From a virus (Duplodnaviria > Caudoviricetes), in the IMG/VR virus record IMGVR_UViG_2863231158_000001: DNA of 64,000 bases; one strand, 5' to 3'. The position numbers and the translations under genes are program-made. The notes under the pieces were generated by a model, which made no database searches, was not told where the DNA came from, and saw only the letters and a program-made list of their open reading frames with translations. How positions within the stretch are numbered: the first letter of the stretch is position 1; each line of letters begins with the position of its first letter. Below, piece after piece: positions 38,507 through 49,124 of the stretch.

Positions 38507-39727
38507 ATGAACGCAACCATCGGCGACCGCATCAGGCACCTGCGGGAGTTCCGCGACATCACCCAGGAAGAACTCGCCTCACACGCTCATGTCAGCGTCG
38601 ACACGATCCGCAAGTTGGAGCAGAACCGGAGGCAGTCGGCGCGCATCGACACCCTCCGCGCACTCGCGCGCGCTCTCGACGTGGAACTCGAACGCCTGCT
38701 AGGACAACCCACCGTGACGCAGCAACTTTCGTCAGACGACGGTGGCCTTCTTGCACTGCGCGACGCGATCCAAGACGTCGGCGCCCTACCGGGCGTTCTC
38801 GTCGAGCAGGACGTAGAGGACCCGCCCGCGCCCGATGCGTGGATGGAGGAGGTGAAGGCCGCGACGTCCCTGTACTGGGAGGGGAACTACGCGGAACTCT
38901 CCAGCGTGACGCCGCTTCTGCTGCGCGACGGCCGGGCGGTGGCCCGTGAAGCCCAAGGCTCGATCGCTGAACGCGTGTGGCGGCAGCTCGGCTTGGCCTA
39001 CCAACTGGCGGCATCTCTGGCCACGCAGAGCGGCCATCCGGACTGGGCGTTCGCCGCCGTCGAGAAGCAGCTGGCGGCCGCGCAGAAGGCCAGCGACCCC
39101 CTCCTGGAGGGGATGGGCGTTTCCACCTTGTCGTGGGTCCTGCTGCGGCAGGGCCGCTGGGAGCATGCGCAGAGTGTGGCCGAGCAGAAGGCAGACGCGC
39201 TGGAGCCCCGGTCCATGCGCCGGGCCCGGCCGGCGGAACTCGCGGTGCATGGCAACTTGCTGCTCGCCGCCGCCACACCGGCCGCCCGGCGGGACCGCAG
39301 AAGCGAGGCGAGGAACCTGCTGAACCTGGCCGAGGTCTCGGCCACCCGCTCTGGCCCTGTGCGTGCCTATGGGTCCGCGTTCTCCGTCATGGATGTGAAG
39401 ACGCAGCAGGTGAACATCGCCCTCGCGGGCCGGAACAGCGAACCCGATGAGGCTCTCACCCTGGCAGGCAGCGTCGACCTGGCCGCGATCGAACGGCCCG
39501 TACACGCCGCCTCTCACCGCCTTGACGTGGCCCATGCCCGCTACCAGACCGGGGACGCTGACGGCGCCCTGGTGGATCTGCTGGACATTGAGGAGGACCA
39601 GCCGCAGTGGATCCGATACCAGACGCTCGCAGCCGCGACGGTGCGGGAGATGCTAGAGGCGGAGCGGCGCCGGAACACCGAGCTGCGTGGACTCGCTGCT
39701 CGGCTCGGCGTCGACCCCACCTTGTGA
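38507..39727 (+). CDS. XRE-family regulator with long helical (TPR-like) C-terminus
   Basis: IGDRIRHLRE...ITQEELA...VSVDTIRKLEQ. Confidence 0.85.
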   Translation: MNATIGDRIRHLREFRDITQEELASHAHVSVDTIRKLEQNRRQSARIDTLRALARALDVELERLLGQPTVTQQLSSDDGGLLALRDAIQDVGALPGVLVEQDVEDPPAPDAWMEEVKAATSLYWEGNYAELSSVTPLLLRDGRAVAREAQGSIAERVWRQLGLAYQLAASLATQSGHPDWAFAAVEKQLAAAQKASDPLLEGMGVSTLSWVLLRQGRWEHAQSVAEQKADALEPRSMRRARPAELAVHGNLLLAAATPAARRDRRSEARNLLNLAEVSATRSGPVRAYGSAFSVMDVKTQQVNIALAGRNSEPDEALTLAGSVDLAAIERPVHAASHRLDVAHARYQTGDADGALVDLLDIEEDQPQWIRYQTLAAATVREMLEAERRRNTELRGLAARLGVDPTL

Positions 39728-39732
39728 GCCGG

Positions 39733-39831
39733 TAGGACAACGCGTCCTAGTTCAGGGAAAATTGACGCCGCGACTGGTGGCTTCTGTCACTGGGCTGTGA
39801 CGGCACGCATTCATAGCGTGACACCCGTCAC
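39733..39831. promoter_or_regulatory. Inverted repeats downstream of the XRE gene (candidate operators)
   Basis: TAGGAC-N5-GTCCTA 39733-39749; GTCAC-N6-GTGAC 39786-39801; GTGAC-N4-GTCAC 39818-39831. Confidence 0.45.
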
Positions 39832-39898
39832 ATGGTGCCGCCCCTTACCCCCGCCAAGGTCGGGGCGGCACCACCGCCCATCGACTGGGGAGTCCGTT

Positions 39899-40363
39899 GT
39901 GGACGCCAACCTACAGAGAGCCGTATCGCAGTGGCTGGCCGAGGCCGACCCTCGACCGGGCAAAGTGTGGGCGGAGTGGGAGAAGCACGGCATAGCGCTG
40001 CTCCCGCTCGGCCGCCGCTTCGACGCGATCCGCGTCCCCGCCGAGCGCATCCACGCCGCGGCGGACAGCGACAAACCAGAGGTCGTCGCCACCGTCCTGC
40101 ACGCCTGGATCGATGGCCCGGTGTTCCGGGACTTCCGCAGCAGTATGGGCCCGTACTACGTGCTCATCTCGACTGGGGCCGACTGGGATGGCCCCGACGA
40201 GCGCCTCACCACCGACACGTACCTCGGCGTTCCCCGCCCTGGCCACTCGACGATGCTCTCCCGCTGGGTCGTCCTGCCCTCGCACCCGGGTGCCCTGTGC
40301 GACACCCGGCACGTCCAGACGCTGCTGGCCACGGCCACTCCGATCAGGACGGTGGGCCAATGA
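39899..40363 (+). CDS. Hypothetical protein
   Basis: WLAEADP...LLPLGRRFDAIRVP...YYVL...YLGVP. Confidence 0.7.
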   Translation: MDANLQRAVSQWLAEADPRPGKVWAEWEKHGIALLPLGRRFDAIRVPAERIHAAADSDKPEVVATVLHAWIDGPVFRDFRSSMGPYYVLISTGADWDGPDERLTTDTYLGVPRPGHSTMLSRWVVLPSHPGALCDTRHVQTLLATATPIRTVGQ

Positions 40364-40584
40364 TGACCGCCGACCACAACGACTACGTGGACGACTATGA
40401 GTTCCCGGACCTGTACAGGCCCTACCGCGAGCACCTCGACACCTGCCCCGGTATCCACACCGGCCTCCTTGCGAACTGCGTCGAAGGCGCCCGCCTCGCC
40501 GCCGCCTGGCTGAACGAGGACTGGCCCGGCTACGGAGCCGCCGGAACCATCGAGCACTTCCGGGGAGTACGCGTTCATGCGTGA
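40360..40584 (+). CDS. Small hypothetical protein
   Basis: ATGA coupling; HLDTC...C. Confidence 0.55.
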   Translation: MMTADHNDYVDDYEFPDLYRPYREHLDTCPGIHTGLLANCVEGARLAAAWLNEDWPGYGAAGTIEHFRGVRVHA

Positions 40585-41029
40585 CGTGACCGAACCCCTG
40601 CGCCTGTTCGTCGTACCCCCGCTGAGCTCCCTCGCCCCGGAGCAGCGGGCCGGTGCCGTGTGCGTGTGGTGCCCGCGGGCGCTCCCGCCCGGCGAGGGCG
40701 TCGACCTCGGCACCATCGGCACCTCACGGCTACGCGCCTGCTCCGCCTGCCACCTTTTGCAGAGCCGCGCCCTGCGGACATACCTCGACTGGTACGACCA
40801 CGGCATCGACTGCCTGCGCTGCCCCCTCGGGCCCTGCGAGCAGGCACGCGTCTTGCGGGAGGGGCACCTTGACGCGCGGCAGCGGGCCGGGAAGCCGCCG
40901 CTGTGGTGCGTGCACTGCCGGACCACCATCGAGCCCGGCTTCGAGGCCCGCCCGCACCTGTGGCAGGGCCTGAGCGGCCCGGTGTACTCCTACGTCCACG
41001 CCCGCAGGTGCCCGACGAACGCCCCGTAG
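40577..41029 (+). CDS. Cys-rich hypothetical protein
   Basis: CVWC, CSAC, H...CLRC, CVHC. Confidence 0.65.
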   Translation: MRDVTEPLRLFVVPPLSSLAPEQRAGAVCVWCPRALPPGEGVDLGTIGTSRLRACSACHLLQSRALRTYLDWYDHGIDCLRCPLGPCEQARVLREGHLDARQRAGKPPLWCVHCRTTIEPGFEARPHLWQGLSGPVYSYVHARRCPTNAP

Positions 41030-41170
41030 GCCCCGCCCGCCCTGCACCCCCCAGGTCACGGCGGCGAGCGGGTACAGCAGCCCCGGCCAGTGCATGTCTC
41101 CCGGCCGGGGCTGCGGCGCGTCTTGATCGATTGCACTTCGGTTGAGCGTCGGCTGAGCTAACGATCACCG

Positions 41171-41197
41171 GCCGGATCCTCACAACGAGGATCCGGC
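41171..41197. terminator. Hairpin just inside the prophage end, downstream of the tRNA
   Basis: GCCGGATCCTC-ACAAC-GAGGATCCGGC. Confidence 0.55.
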
Positions 41198-41252
41198 AAC
41201 GCGGTGCAGTGTTGACGCAGGTGGAATCGTTCCTGCTTCTCGGGCACCTGAG

Positions 41253-41326
41253 TGGGGCGGGTGGGACTCGAACCCACGGCCGACGGATTATGAGTCCGCT
41301 GCTCTAACCGGCTGAGCTACCGCCCC
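41253..41326 (-). tRNA. tRNA with anticodon CAT, most likely tRNA-Ile2; likely attB of prophage 1
   Basis: GGGGCGGTAGCTCAG...GCGGA-CTCATAA-TCCGT...GGTTCGAGTCC...CCGCCCCA cloverleaf; no initiator features. Confidence 0.9.
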
Positions 41327-41590
41327 TAACGGCGCGTCGCGCACATTTGTGCGCGCCGTCTGCCGCAGCATAGCCGCTCATACGATCTCCTGCTTCGGCT
41401 GGTCGGCATCGCACGACCATGAGGACCCCGCCGCGGCCCGCGCGGTTCCACCAGGGGTGGAGTGAGTTCGCGCGGGCGGGCCTGGAGGGCCCGGCCGAGG
41501 GGGCGTTGGGGAGCGGCACAGGGGGCGGCTCCGGCACGCGCGAGGACCCCTGGGCGCCGTGGTGGTGCCTCAGGGGTCCTCGTCGTACAG

Positions 41591-41663
41591 CTCTCCCGAC
41601 TGGACTCGAACCAGTAACCTGCCGGTTAACAGCCGGCTGCTCTGCCAATTGAGCTACAGGAGA
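41591..41663 (-). tRNA. tRNA-Asn (GTT)
   Basis: TCTCCTGTAGCTCAATTGG...CTGTTAA...GGTTCGAGTCC cloverleaf. Confidence 0.95.
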
Positions 41664-41668
41664 CCGAG

Positions 41669-41741
41669 CTCCCCCGACTGGACTCGAACCAGTAACCTGC
41701 CGGTTAACAGCCGGCTGCTCTGCCAATTGAGCTACAGGGGA
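41669..41741 (-). tRNA. tRNA-Asn (GTT)
   Basis: Tandem near-identical copy; acceptor TCCCCTG/CGGGGGA. Confidence 0.95.
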
Positions 41742-41909
41742 ATGACTCTTGGTGACGGAGTCACTGCAACAATGTCACTTGCCTGGGGATTCCCGGGCGG
41801 CGTGCGCTCGCTGCGACACATACATTAGCGCAAGCAGGGGGGTGCTCCGCCAATCGGTATCCCCAGGCGACCGACGTCGGCAGTCGAGGCAAGGGAAAGG
41901 GTGGCCGTC

Positions 41910-42215
41910 ATGCGCTACCGGCTCACGTTCGTGGCAGGACTGGCTCTGGGGTACGTGCTCGGGACGCGCGCCGGGCGCGAGCGTTACGAGCAGCTGAAGA
42001 AGTCCTTCCGTGAGGTGTCCCAGAACCCCGCCGTGCGCAACACCGTCGAGTCCGCCGCCCAGCAGGGCCGCGACGTGGCGGGCAAGGCCTTCCACACCGT
42101 CTCGGAGAAGGTGGGCGACCGCATGCCCGACTCCGTGGCGGAGCGGGTGCGGTCGCTGCGCGAGCGCGGGCAGGGCGATGCCACCGAGGACGACTGGGGC
42201 ACCAGCAACACCTAG
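41910..42215 (+). CDS. YtxH-like small membrane protein
   Basis: MRYRLTFVAGLALGYVLGTRAGRERYEQL. Confidence 0.8.
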   Translation: MRYRLTFVAGLALGYVLGTRAGRERYEQLKKSFREVSQNPAVRNTVESAAQQGRDVAGKAFHTVSEKVGDRMPDSVAERVRSLRERGQGDATEDDWGTSNT

Positions 42216-42388
42216 AGGGGCCGTCGGGCGGGTCCGGCCGCCGCATCCGCCCGACCGCACCGACAACCGCACCGCAACGACAACCGCACCGCCCCGGGAC
42301 CGGAGCCTCCGCCCGGGGCGGACGCGTTCCCGGGGCCTTCCCGGACGTATGTGCGGGGCATCCCCCCGGGTGCGGCAGAATCCTCGGC

Positions 42389-43816
42389 ATGGGGATAGTC
42401 GCGGGGTTGGACAGTTCGCCCGATTTCACACGCATCGTGGTCTGTGACACCGACACGGGAGCCGTACTCAGGCAGGGGTACGCCCCGCATCCACTGGAGG
42501 GCCCCGACGGCGCGCGACCGACCGACGTCGATCCGCAGGCCTGGTTGCTCTCCCTCGGCGAGGCGGCGGGCGGCGGGCTCCTCGAAGGCGTCCAGGCGAT
42601 CGGCGTGTGCGCGCAGGAACACGCCCTCGTGCCCCTCGACGCGCAGGGCGCGACGGTGCGTCCCGCGCTCGTCGGCAACAACCCGCGCGCCCAGGTGGCC
42701 GCCGCCGACCTCGTCGACGGGCTCGGCAGCCGCCAGGCCTGGGCCCAGGCCGTGGGCTCCGTCCCGCAGGCCGCGCAGCCGGTGGCGAAGCTGCGCTGGC
42801 TGGCCAGGCACGAGCCGGAGGCGGCGCTCCGCACGAGCCTGCTCATGCAGGCCCCCGACTGGCTGGTGTGGCAGCTCCTGGGGCGGCCCACGCGGCGCAC
42901 GACGGACCGGGGCGGCGCGTCCGGCACCGGCTACTGGTCGGCGGCGACCGGCGCCTACCGGCCCGACCTGGTGGAGCTCGCGCTCGGGCACCAGGCGATG
43001 CTGCCCGAGGTCATCGGGCCCGCGGACGCCGCGGGCACGACGCCCGAGGGGCTGCTGATATCGGCGGGCACGGGCGCGACCATGGCGGCGGCGTTCGGGC
43101 TCGGCGTGATGCGGGGCGACGCGGTGGTGTCGCTCGGCGCCTCCGGGTCCGTGATGGCCGTCCACCACGAGGCCCTGGTCGACCCGAGCGGCACGATCAC
43201 CTCGCTCGCCGACGCCACCGGCATGCACCTGCCCGTGGTCCACACGTCGAACGCGGTGCGCGCGCTGCGCGGCACCGCCGAGATGCTGGGCGTCCCGGAC
43301 CTGGAGACCCTCTCCGACCTGGCGCTCAAGTCGACCCCCGGCGCCCACGGCCTCGTCCTGCTGCCCTATCTGGAGGGCGAGAAGACGCCGAACCTGCCGC
43401 ACGCGGCGGGCACCCTGACCGGGCTGCGCCGGGAGTCCATGAAGCCGGAGCACCTGGCGCGGGCCGCCTTCGAGGGCATGCTCTGCGGGCTCGGCGACGC
43501 GCTCGACGTGCTGCGCGGGCGGGGCGTGGAGGTGCGGCGGGTGTTCCTGCTCGGGTCCGCGGCGGACCTGCCCGCCGTGCGGGCCGCCGCGCCGATGCTC
43601 TTCGGCACGCAGGTCGTGGTGGTCCAGCCGGCCGACTACGCCGCGATCGGCGCCGCGCGCCAGGCGACGTGGGCGCTGACCGGGCAGCTGCCGCAGTGGC
43701 AGGGCGCGGTGGCGCAGGTCTTCGAGCCGGGCGAGGAGCTCGCGGTGGGGCAGGCGGTGCGCCAGCAGTACGCAGCGGTGCGCGAGCAGGCGCACCCGGG
43801 AGCGTTCGCGCCCTGA
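42389..43816 (+). CDS. FGGY-family carbohydrate (xylulose-like) kinase
   Basis: VAGLDSS, TTDRGGASGTG, SLGASG, LPYLEGEKTP, RAAFEG. Confidence 0.9.
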   Translation: MGIVAGLDSSPDFTRIVVCDTDTGAVLRQGYAPHPLEGPDGARPTDVDPQAWLLSLGEAAGGGLLEGVQAIGVCAQEHALVPLDAQGATVRPALVGNNPRAQVAAADLVDGLGSRQAWAQAVGSVPQAAQPVAKLRWLARHEPEAALRTSLLMQAPDWLVWQLLGRPTRRTTDRGGASGTGYWSAATGAYRPDLVELALGHQAMLPEVIGPADAAGTTPEGLLISAGTGATMAAAFGLGVMRGDAVVSLGASGSVMAVHHEALVDPSGTITSLADATGMHLPVVHTSNAVRALRGTAEMLGVPDLETLSDLALKSTPGAHGLVLLPYLEGEKTPNLPHAAGTLTGLRRESMKPEHLARAAFEGMLCGLGDALDVLRGRGVEVRRVFLLGSAADLPAVRAAAPMLFGTQVVVVQPADYAAIGAARQATWALTGQLPQWQGAVAQVFEPGEELAVGQAVRQQYAAVREQAHPGAFAP

Positions 43817-44080
43817 GCGGGACACCCTCGGGGCGTTCGCGCCCCGAGCCAGACACCCCCAGAGCCTCTGCGCCCCGAGCCCGGAATGTGGCATTCCGCC
43901 ACGTTCCGTGAGGGAAACAAAGCGTTCAGTGTGCCCAGAACTTGACCAGGGCTGATTTTTGACCGGGTCATGGGTTAATCGCTTGCCCACGGCCGGGGTC
44001 GGTGACGCAGGATGGTGGGCGGCTTTCGCCCGGCCCCCGGGGACGCCGCCCCACTGCCGAGACTCTGCCGAGAGACGAGC

Positions 44081-45814
44081 GTGCTCATACGACTCCTGCG
44101 GACCCACCTGGGTCCGTACAAGAAGCCCATCGCCCTGCTGGTGCTCCTGCAGTTCCTGCAGACCTGCGCCTCTCTCTATCTGCCCACCCTGAACGCCGAC
44201 ATCATCGACAAGGGCGTCGTGAAGGGCGACACCGGCTACATCCTGTCGTTCGGCGCCGTCATGCTGGCCGTCACCGTGGTCCAGATGGCGTGCAACATCG
44301 GCGCGGTCCTGTACGGCGCGCGCACCTCCGCCGAGGTCGGCCGTGACCTGCGGTCCGCCGTCTTCGACCGCGTGCAGTCCTTCTCCGCGCGCGAGATGGG
44401 CCAGTTCGGCGCGCCCACCCTGATCACGCGGACCACCAACGACGTGCAGCAGGTGCAGACGCTCGTCCTGATGGCGTTCACCCTGATGGTGTCGGCGCCG
44501 ATCATGTGCGTCGGCGGCATCGTCATGGCGCTCGGCCAGGACGTGCCGCTCTCCGGCGTGCTGCTCGCCGTCGTGCCGGTGCTCGGCATCAGCGTCAGCC
44601 TGATCGTGCGCCGGCTGCGGCCGCTGTTCCGCACCATGCAGGAGCGGCTCGACACGGTGAACCGCGTACTGCGCGAGCAGATCACCGGCAACCGCGTGAT
44701 CCGCGCCTTCGTGCGCGACGGCTACGAGAAGGAGCGCTTCCGCGGTGCCAACGGCGAGCTGACCGAGGTCTCGCTCGCCAGCGGCAAGCTGCTCGCGCTG
44801 ATGTTCCCGGTGGTCATGACGGTGGTGAACCTGTCGTCGATCGCCGTCGTCTGGTTCGGCGCGCACCGCATCGACAGCGGGGACATGGAGATCGGCGCGC
44901 TGACCGCGTTCCTGGCGTATCTGCTGCAGATCGTCATGGCCGTGATGATGGCCACGTTCATGTTCATGATGATCCCGCGGGCCGAGGTGTGCGCCGAGCG
45001 CATCCAGGAGGTCCTGGACACCGAGGCGAGCGTCGTGCCGCCCGCCGAGCCCGTCCGGGAGCTGCGCGGCCACGGCCACCTGGAGCTGCGCGACGCCGGA
45101 TTCCGCTACCCGGGCGCCGAGGAACCGGTGCTCAAGGGCATCGACCTGACCGCGCGGCCCGGCGAGACGACCGCCGTGATCGGCTCCACCGGCAGCGGCA
45201 AGTCGACGCTCCTGAGCCTCGTACCGCGTCTGATGGACGTCACCGAGGGCGAGGTGCTCGTCAACGGCGTCGCGGTGAGCGCCGTGGAGCCCGCGCTGCT
45301 CGCCCGGACCGTGGGGCTCGTACCGCAGAAGCCGTATCTGTTCGCCGGGACCGTGGCGAGCAATCTGCGGTACGGCAACCCGGACGCCACCGACGACGAG
45401 CTGTGGCACGCCCTGGAGGTGGCGCAGGCCAAGGGCTTCGTGGAGTCCCTGGAGGAGGGGCTCGACGCGCCCATCGCGCAGGGCGGCACGAATGTGTCCG
45501 GCGGGCAGCGGCAGCGGCTCTCGATCGCCCGCACGCTGGTGCAGCGCCCGGAGATCTATCTGTTCGACGACTCGTTCTCGGCGCTCGACTACGCCACCGA
45601 CGCGGCGCTGCGGTCCGCGCTCGCCCGGGAGACCCGCGAGGCCACGGTCGTGATCGTCGCCCAGCGCGTGTCGACGATCCGCGACGCCGACCGGATCGTC
45701 GTCCTGGACGAGGGCCGGGTCGTGGGCGTCGGCCGCCACCACGAGCTGATGGATGACAACGAGACGTACCGGGAGATCGTCCTCTCCCAGCTGACGGAAG
45801 CGGAGGCCGCGTAA
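44081..45814 (+). CDS. ABC exporter subunit (TMD+NBD)
   Basis: GSTGSGKS, NVSGGQRQR, YLFDD (degenerate site). Confidence 0.95.
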   Translation: MLIRLLRTHLGPYKKPIALLVLLQFLQTCASLYLPTLNADIIDKGVVKGDTGYILSFGAVMLAVTVVQMACNIGAVLYGARTSAEVGRDLRSAVFDRVQSFSAREMGQFGAPTLITRTTNDVQQVQTLVLMAFTLMVSAPIMCVGGIVMALGQDVPLSGVLLAVVPVLGISVSLIVRRLRPLFRTMQERLDTVNRVLREQITGNRVIRAFVRDGYEKERFRGANGELTEVSLASGKLLALMFPVVMTVVNLSSIAVVWFGAHRIDSGDMEIGALTAFLAYLLQIVMAVMMATFMFMMIPRAEVCAERIQEVLDTEASVVPPAEPVRELRGHGHLELRDAGFRYPGAEEPVLKGIDLTARPGETTAVIGSTGSGKSTLLSLVPRLMDVTEGEVLVNGVAVSAVEPALLARTVGLVPQKPYLFAGTVASNLRYGNPDATDDELWHALEVAQAKGFVESLEEGLDAPIAQGGTNVSGGQRQRLSIARTLVQRPEIYLFDDSFSALDYATDAALRSALARETREATVVIVAQRVSTIRDADRIVVLDEGRVVGVGRHHELMDDNETYREIVLSQLTEAEAA

Positions 45815-47739
45815 TGCCCCCTGGTGGCATGGGTGGACCCATGATGGGCCCCGACTCCCGGTCCATGGACTTCAAGGGCTCGGGCAAGCGGCTGCTCGCG
45901 CAGTTCCGGCCGGAGCGGGCCACGATGTACGGGATGCTCGCCGCGGTCGTCCTGAGCGTCGCGATGTCCGTGCTGGGGCCGAAGATCCTCGGGCACGCCA
46001 CCGACCTGGTGTTCGCGGGCATCGTCGGGCGGACCATGCCCGAGGGCGAGTCCAAGGCCGAGGCGATCGAGCGGCTGCGCGAGCACGGCGACGGCGGCAT
46101 GGCCGACATGCTCACCGGGCTCGACTTCACACCGGGCCGGGGTATCGACTTCGGCGCGGTCGGCGAGGTGCTGCTGCTCGCCACGGCCGTGTTCGCGGTG
46201 GCGGGCCTGATGATGACCGTGGGCACGCGCCTCGCGAACCGCGCCATCAACCGCACCGTGTTCCGGCTGCGGGGCGACGTCCAGGCGAAGATGTCGCGCC
46301 TGCCGCTGTCGTACTTCGACAAGCGCCAGCGCGGTGAGGTGCTCAGCCGGGCCACGAACGACATCGACAACATCAACCAGACGCTCCAGCAGACGCTCGG
46401 CCAGCTCATCAGCTCGCTGCTCACGATCGTCGGCGTCCTGGTCATGATGTTCTGGATCTCGCCGCTGCTCGCGCTCGTCGCCCTGGTGACGGTGCCGCTG
46501 TCGTTCGTCGTGGCGACGAAGGTCGGCAAGCGCTCGCAGCCGCAGTTCGTGCAGCAGTGGAAGTCCACCGGCTCGCTGAACGCGCACGTGGAGGAGATGT
46601 ACACCGGGCACACCCTGGTGAAGGTCTTCGGCCGCCAGGAGGAGTCCGCGAAGGCGTTCGCCGCGCACAACGACGCGCTGTACGAGGCCTCGTACAAGGC
46701 ACAGTTCAACAGCGGGCTCATGCAGCCGCTGCTGTTCTTCATGTCGAACGTCAACTACGTCCTGGTGGCCGTGGTCGGCGGTCTGCGGGTGGCCTCCGGG
46801 GCGCTCTCGATCGGTGACGTCCAGGCCTTCATCCAGTACTCGCGGCAGTTCTCGATGCCGCTCACGCAGGTCGCGTCGATGGCGAACCTCGTGCAGTCGG
46901 GCGTGGCGTCGGCCGAGCGCGTCTTCGAGCTCCTCGACGCCGAGGAGCAGGAGGCGGACCCCGCCCCCGGCGAGCGCCCCGCCGAGCTGCGCGGCCGCGT
47001 GGAGATGGAGCACGTGTCCTTCCGCTACGCCGAGGACAAGCCGCTCATCGAGGACCTCTCGCTCGTCGTGAAGCCGGGCCACACGGTCGCCATCGTCGGT
47101 CCCACCGGCGCGGGCAAGACCACGCTCGTGAACCTGCTCATGCGGTTCTACGAGGTCACGGGCGGCCGCATCACGCTGGACGGCACGGACGTCACGAAGA
47201 TGACGCGGGACGAACTGCGCGGCTCCATCGGCATGGTGCTCCAGGACACCTGGCTGTTCGGCGGCAGCATCGCGGACAACATCGCGTACGGCGCCGCGGG
47301 TGAGGTCACGCGCGAGCAGGTGGAGGAGGCCGCGCGGGCCGCCCACGCCGACCGGTTCGTCCGCACCCTGCCCGACGGGTACGACACCGTCATCGACGAC
47401 GAGGGCACGGGCGTCAGCGCGGGCGAGAAGCAGCTCATCACCATCGCGCGGGCGTTCCTGTCGGACCCGGTGATCCTCGTCCTCGACGAGGCGACCAGCT
47501 CGGTCGACACCCGCACCGAGGTCCTCATCCAGAAGGCCATGGCGCGGCTCGCGCACGGGCGCACGTCGTTCGTGATCGCGCACCGCCTGTCCACCATCCG
47601 CGACGCCGACACCATCCTGGTGATGGAGGACGGGGCGATCGTGGAACAGGGCACGCACGACGCGCTGCTGGCCGCAGGCGGGGCGTATTCCCGCCTGTAC
47701 GCCGCTCAGTTCGCCGAGGCGGTGGCGGAGGTCGGCTGA
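45814..47739 (+). CDS. ABC exporter subunit (TMD+NBD), heterodimer partner
   Basis: GPTGAGKT, VSAGEKQ, ILVLDEATS, IAHRLS. Confidence 0.95.
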   Translation: MPPGGMGGPMMGPDSRSMDFKGSGKRLLAQFRPERATMYGMLAAVVLSVAMSVLGPKILGHATDLVFAGIVGRTMPEGESKAEAIERLREHGDGGMADMLTGLDFTPGRGIDFGAVGEVLLLATAVFAVAGLMMTVGTRLANRAINRTVFRLRGDVQAKMSRLPLSYFDKRQRGEVLSRATNDIDNINQTLQQTLGQLISSLLTIVGVLVMMFWISPLLALVALVTVPLSFVVATKVGKRSQPQFVQQWKSTGSLNAHVEEMYTGHTLVKVFGRQEESAKAFAAHNDALYEASYKAQFNSGLMQPLLFFMSNVNYVLVAVVGGLRVASGALSIGDVQAFIQYSRQFSMPLTQVASMANLVQSGVASAERVFELLDAEEQEADPAPGERPAELRGRVEMEHVSFRYAEDKPLIEDLSLVVKPGHTVAIVGPTGAGKTTLVNLLMRFYEVTGGRITLDGTDVTKMTRDELRGSIGMVLQDTWLFGGSIADNIAYGAAGEVTREQVEEAARAAHADRFVRTLPDGYDTVIDDEGTGVSAGEKQLITIARAFLSDPVILVLDEATSSVDTRTEVLIQKAMARLAHGRTSFVIAHRLSTIRDADTILVMEDGAIVEQGTHDALLAAGGAYSRLYAAQFAEAVAEVG

Positions 47740-47741
47740 CC

Positions 47742-49124
47742 TCAGTCCAGATAGCCGCGCAGCTGGTCCGCGAAGGCGTGGTCCCGCAGCTTGTTGAGGG
47801 TCTTGGACTCGATCTGGCGGATGCGTTCGCGCGTCACGCCGAAGATCCGGCCGATCTCCTCCAGGGTGCGGGGCCTGCCGTCCGCGAGGCCGTAGCGGAG
47901 CTGGACGACCTTGCGCTCGCGCTCGCCGAGCGTGGAGAGCACGGCCTCCAGGTGCTCGCGCAGGAGCAGGAAGGCGGCCGACTCCACGGGGCTCGCCGCG
48001 TCGCCGTCCTCGATGAGGTCGCCGAGCGCCACGTCGTCCTCCTCGCCCACGGGCGCGTGCAGCGACACCGGCTCCTGCGCGAGCCTGAGCACCTCGCTGA
48101 CGCGCTCGTGCGGCAGGTCGAGGTGGGCGGCGACCTCCTCGGGCGTCGGCTCGTACCCGCGCTCCTGGAGCATGCGGCGCTGCACGCGGACGACCCGGTT
48201 GATCAGCTCGACGACGTGCACCGGCACGCGGATGGTGCGGGCCTGGTCGGCGAGCGCCCGGGACATGGCCTGGCGGATCCACCAGGTCGCGTACGTGGAG
48301 AACTTGTAGCCGCGCGCGTAGTCGAACTTCTCGACCGCCCGGATGAGGCCCAGGTTGCCCTCCTGGACGAGGTCGAGCATCGTCAGGCCGCGCCCCACGT
48401 ACCGCTTCGCCACGGACACCACGAGGCGGAGGTTCGCCTCGATGAGGCGGCGCTTGGCCATGCGGCCCACGACGACGAGCTTGTCCAGGTCGAGGGCCAG
48501 CTGGGAGTCCAGGTCGGGGGTGCCGGCCAGCTTCTCCTCGGCGAAGAGCCCGGCCTCGACGGCGCGCGCGAGCTCGACCTCCTCGGCGGCGGTGAGCAGG
48601 GGTATGCGGCCGATCTCGCGCAGGTACTGGCGGAACAGGTCGGAGGAGGGGCCGCCGGTATCGGCCCGGCCGCGCGGGCTCGGCAGCTCGATCGCCTCGA
48701 CCGTGGCCTCGGTGGCCTCGGTGGCCTCGGTGGCCTCGGTGGCCTCGGTGGCGTCGGCGGTATCGGCCGGCTCGGCGGCCCCGGCGGGCTCCGTCTCCGG
48801 CGCGAGCTCCGGGTGCCGGGTGCCACGGCCCTGCTGCGGCACGGTCGCGATGACGTCGGCTTCCGCCTCCACGTCCGCGCTCGGCGCGGTGTCGGTCTGG
48901 GTGAGGGTCTGGGTCTGCACGGGGGCGACCTCCAGGGTGATCGCTGCTGAGGCGTGGGGCAGCGGTACAACGGGACCGGCGTTGACGGCCTCGCCGCTGT
49001 CCGTCCCGAACACGATGTGTGGAACCGCGGAATAGTCGGACCCGCACTCGCTGTCTGCGGTCCGGCCGCGCTCCGAGGACTCAGGCACCGCACCCCAGTG
49101 TGGAGTACGACACACGGCCGCCAC
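47742..49124 (-). CDS. hrdA: Principal-like sigma70 factor HrdA (start uncertain, may be downstream)
   Basis: [58 protein letters not shown]; [14 protein letters not shown]; neighbourhood of ABC pair and kinase. Confidence 0.88.
   Translation of the reverse strand: MAAVCRTPHWGAVPESSERGRTADSECGSDYSAVPHIVFGTDSGEAVNAGPVVPLPHASAAITLEVAPVQTQTLTQTDTAPSADVEAEADVIATVPQQGRGTRHPELAPETEPAGAAEPADTADATEATEATEATEATEATVEAIELPSPRGRADTGGPSSDLFRQYLREIGRIPLLTAAEEVELARAVEAGLFAEEKLAGTPDLDSQLALDLDKLVVVGRMAKRRLIEANLRLVVSVAKRYVGRGLTMLDLVQEGNLGLIRAVEKFDYARGYKFSTYATWWIRQAMSRALADQARTIRVPVHVVELINRVVRVQRRMLQERGYEPTPEEVAAHLDLPHERVSEVLRLAQEPVSLHAPVGEEDDVALGDLIEDGDAASPVESAAFLLLREHLEAVLSTLGERERKVVQLRYGLADGRPRTLEEIGRIFGVTRERIRQIESKTLNKLRDHAFADQLRGYLD
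48703..48756. repeat. 9-bp coding tandem repeat (TEA)n in the hrdA N-terminus
   Basis: GTGGCCTCG x5 plus one variant. Confidence 0.85.

Larger units (their letters stand above)
1..41252. mobile_element. Prophage 1 (tailed temperate phage, tyrosine integrase), probably integrated at the 3' end of the tRNA(CAT) gene; left att lies outside the window
   Basis: Ordered integrase, repressor/Cro, replication, terminase, portal, capsid, tail and lysis genes; phage-type genes stop immediately before the tRNA 3' end. Confidence 0.9.

Noticed and set aside
39797-39898. bldA-dependent TTA codon in the 39797 ORF
   Set aside because: It lies upstream of the more probable GTG start at 39899
41253-41326. 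tRNA-Met or initiator assignment
   Set aside because: Paired G1-C72 and no triple G-C anticodon stem exclude the initiator; Ile2 is favoured, though elongator Met cannot be fully excluded by eye
41304-41828. ORFs overlapping the tRNA cluster
   Set aside because: They are translations of the tRNA sequences
42254-42292. ACCGCACCG/ACAACCG micro-repeats
   Set aside because: Short low-complexity intergenic sequence with no supportable function
48703-48756. hrdA 9-bp repeat as a phase-variation switch
   Set aside because: The unit is in frame and lies in a low-complexity linker
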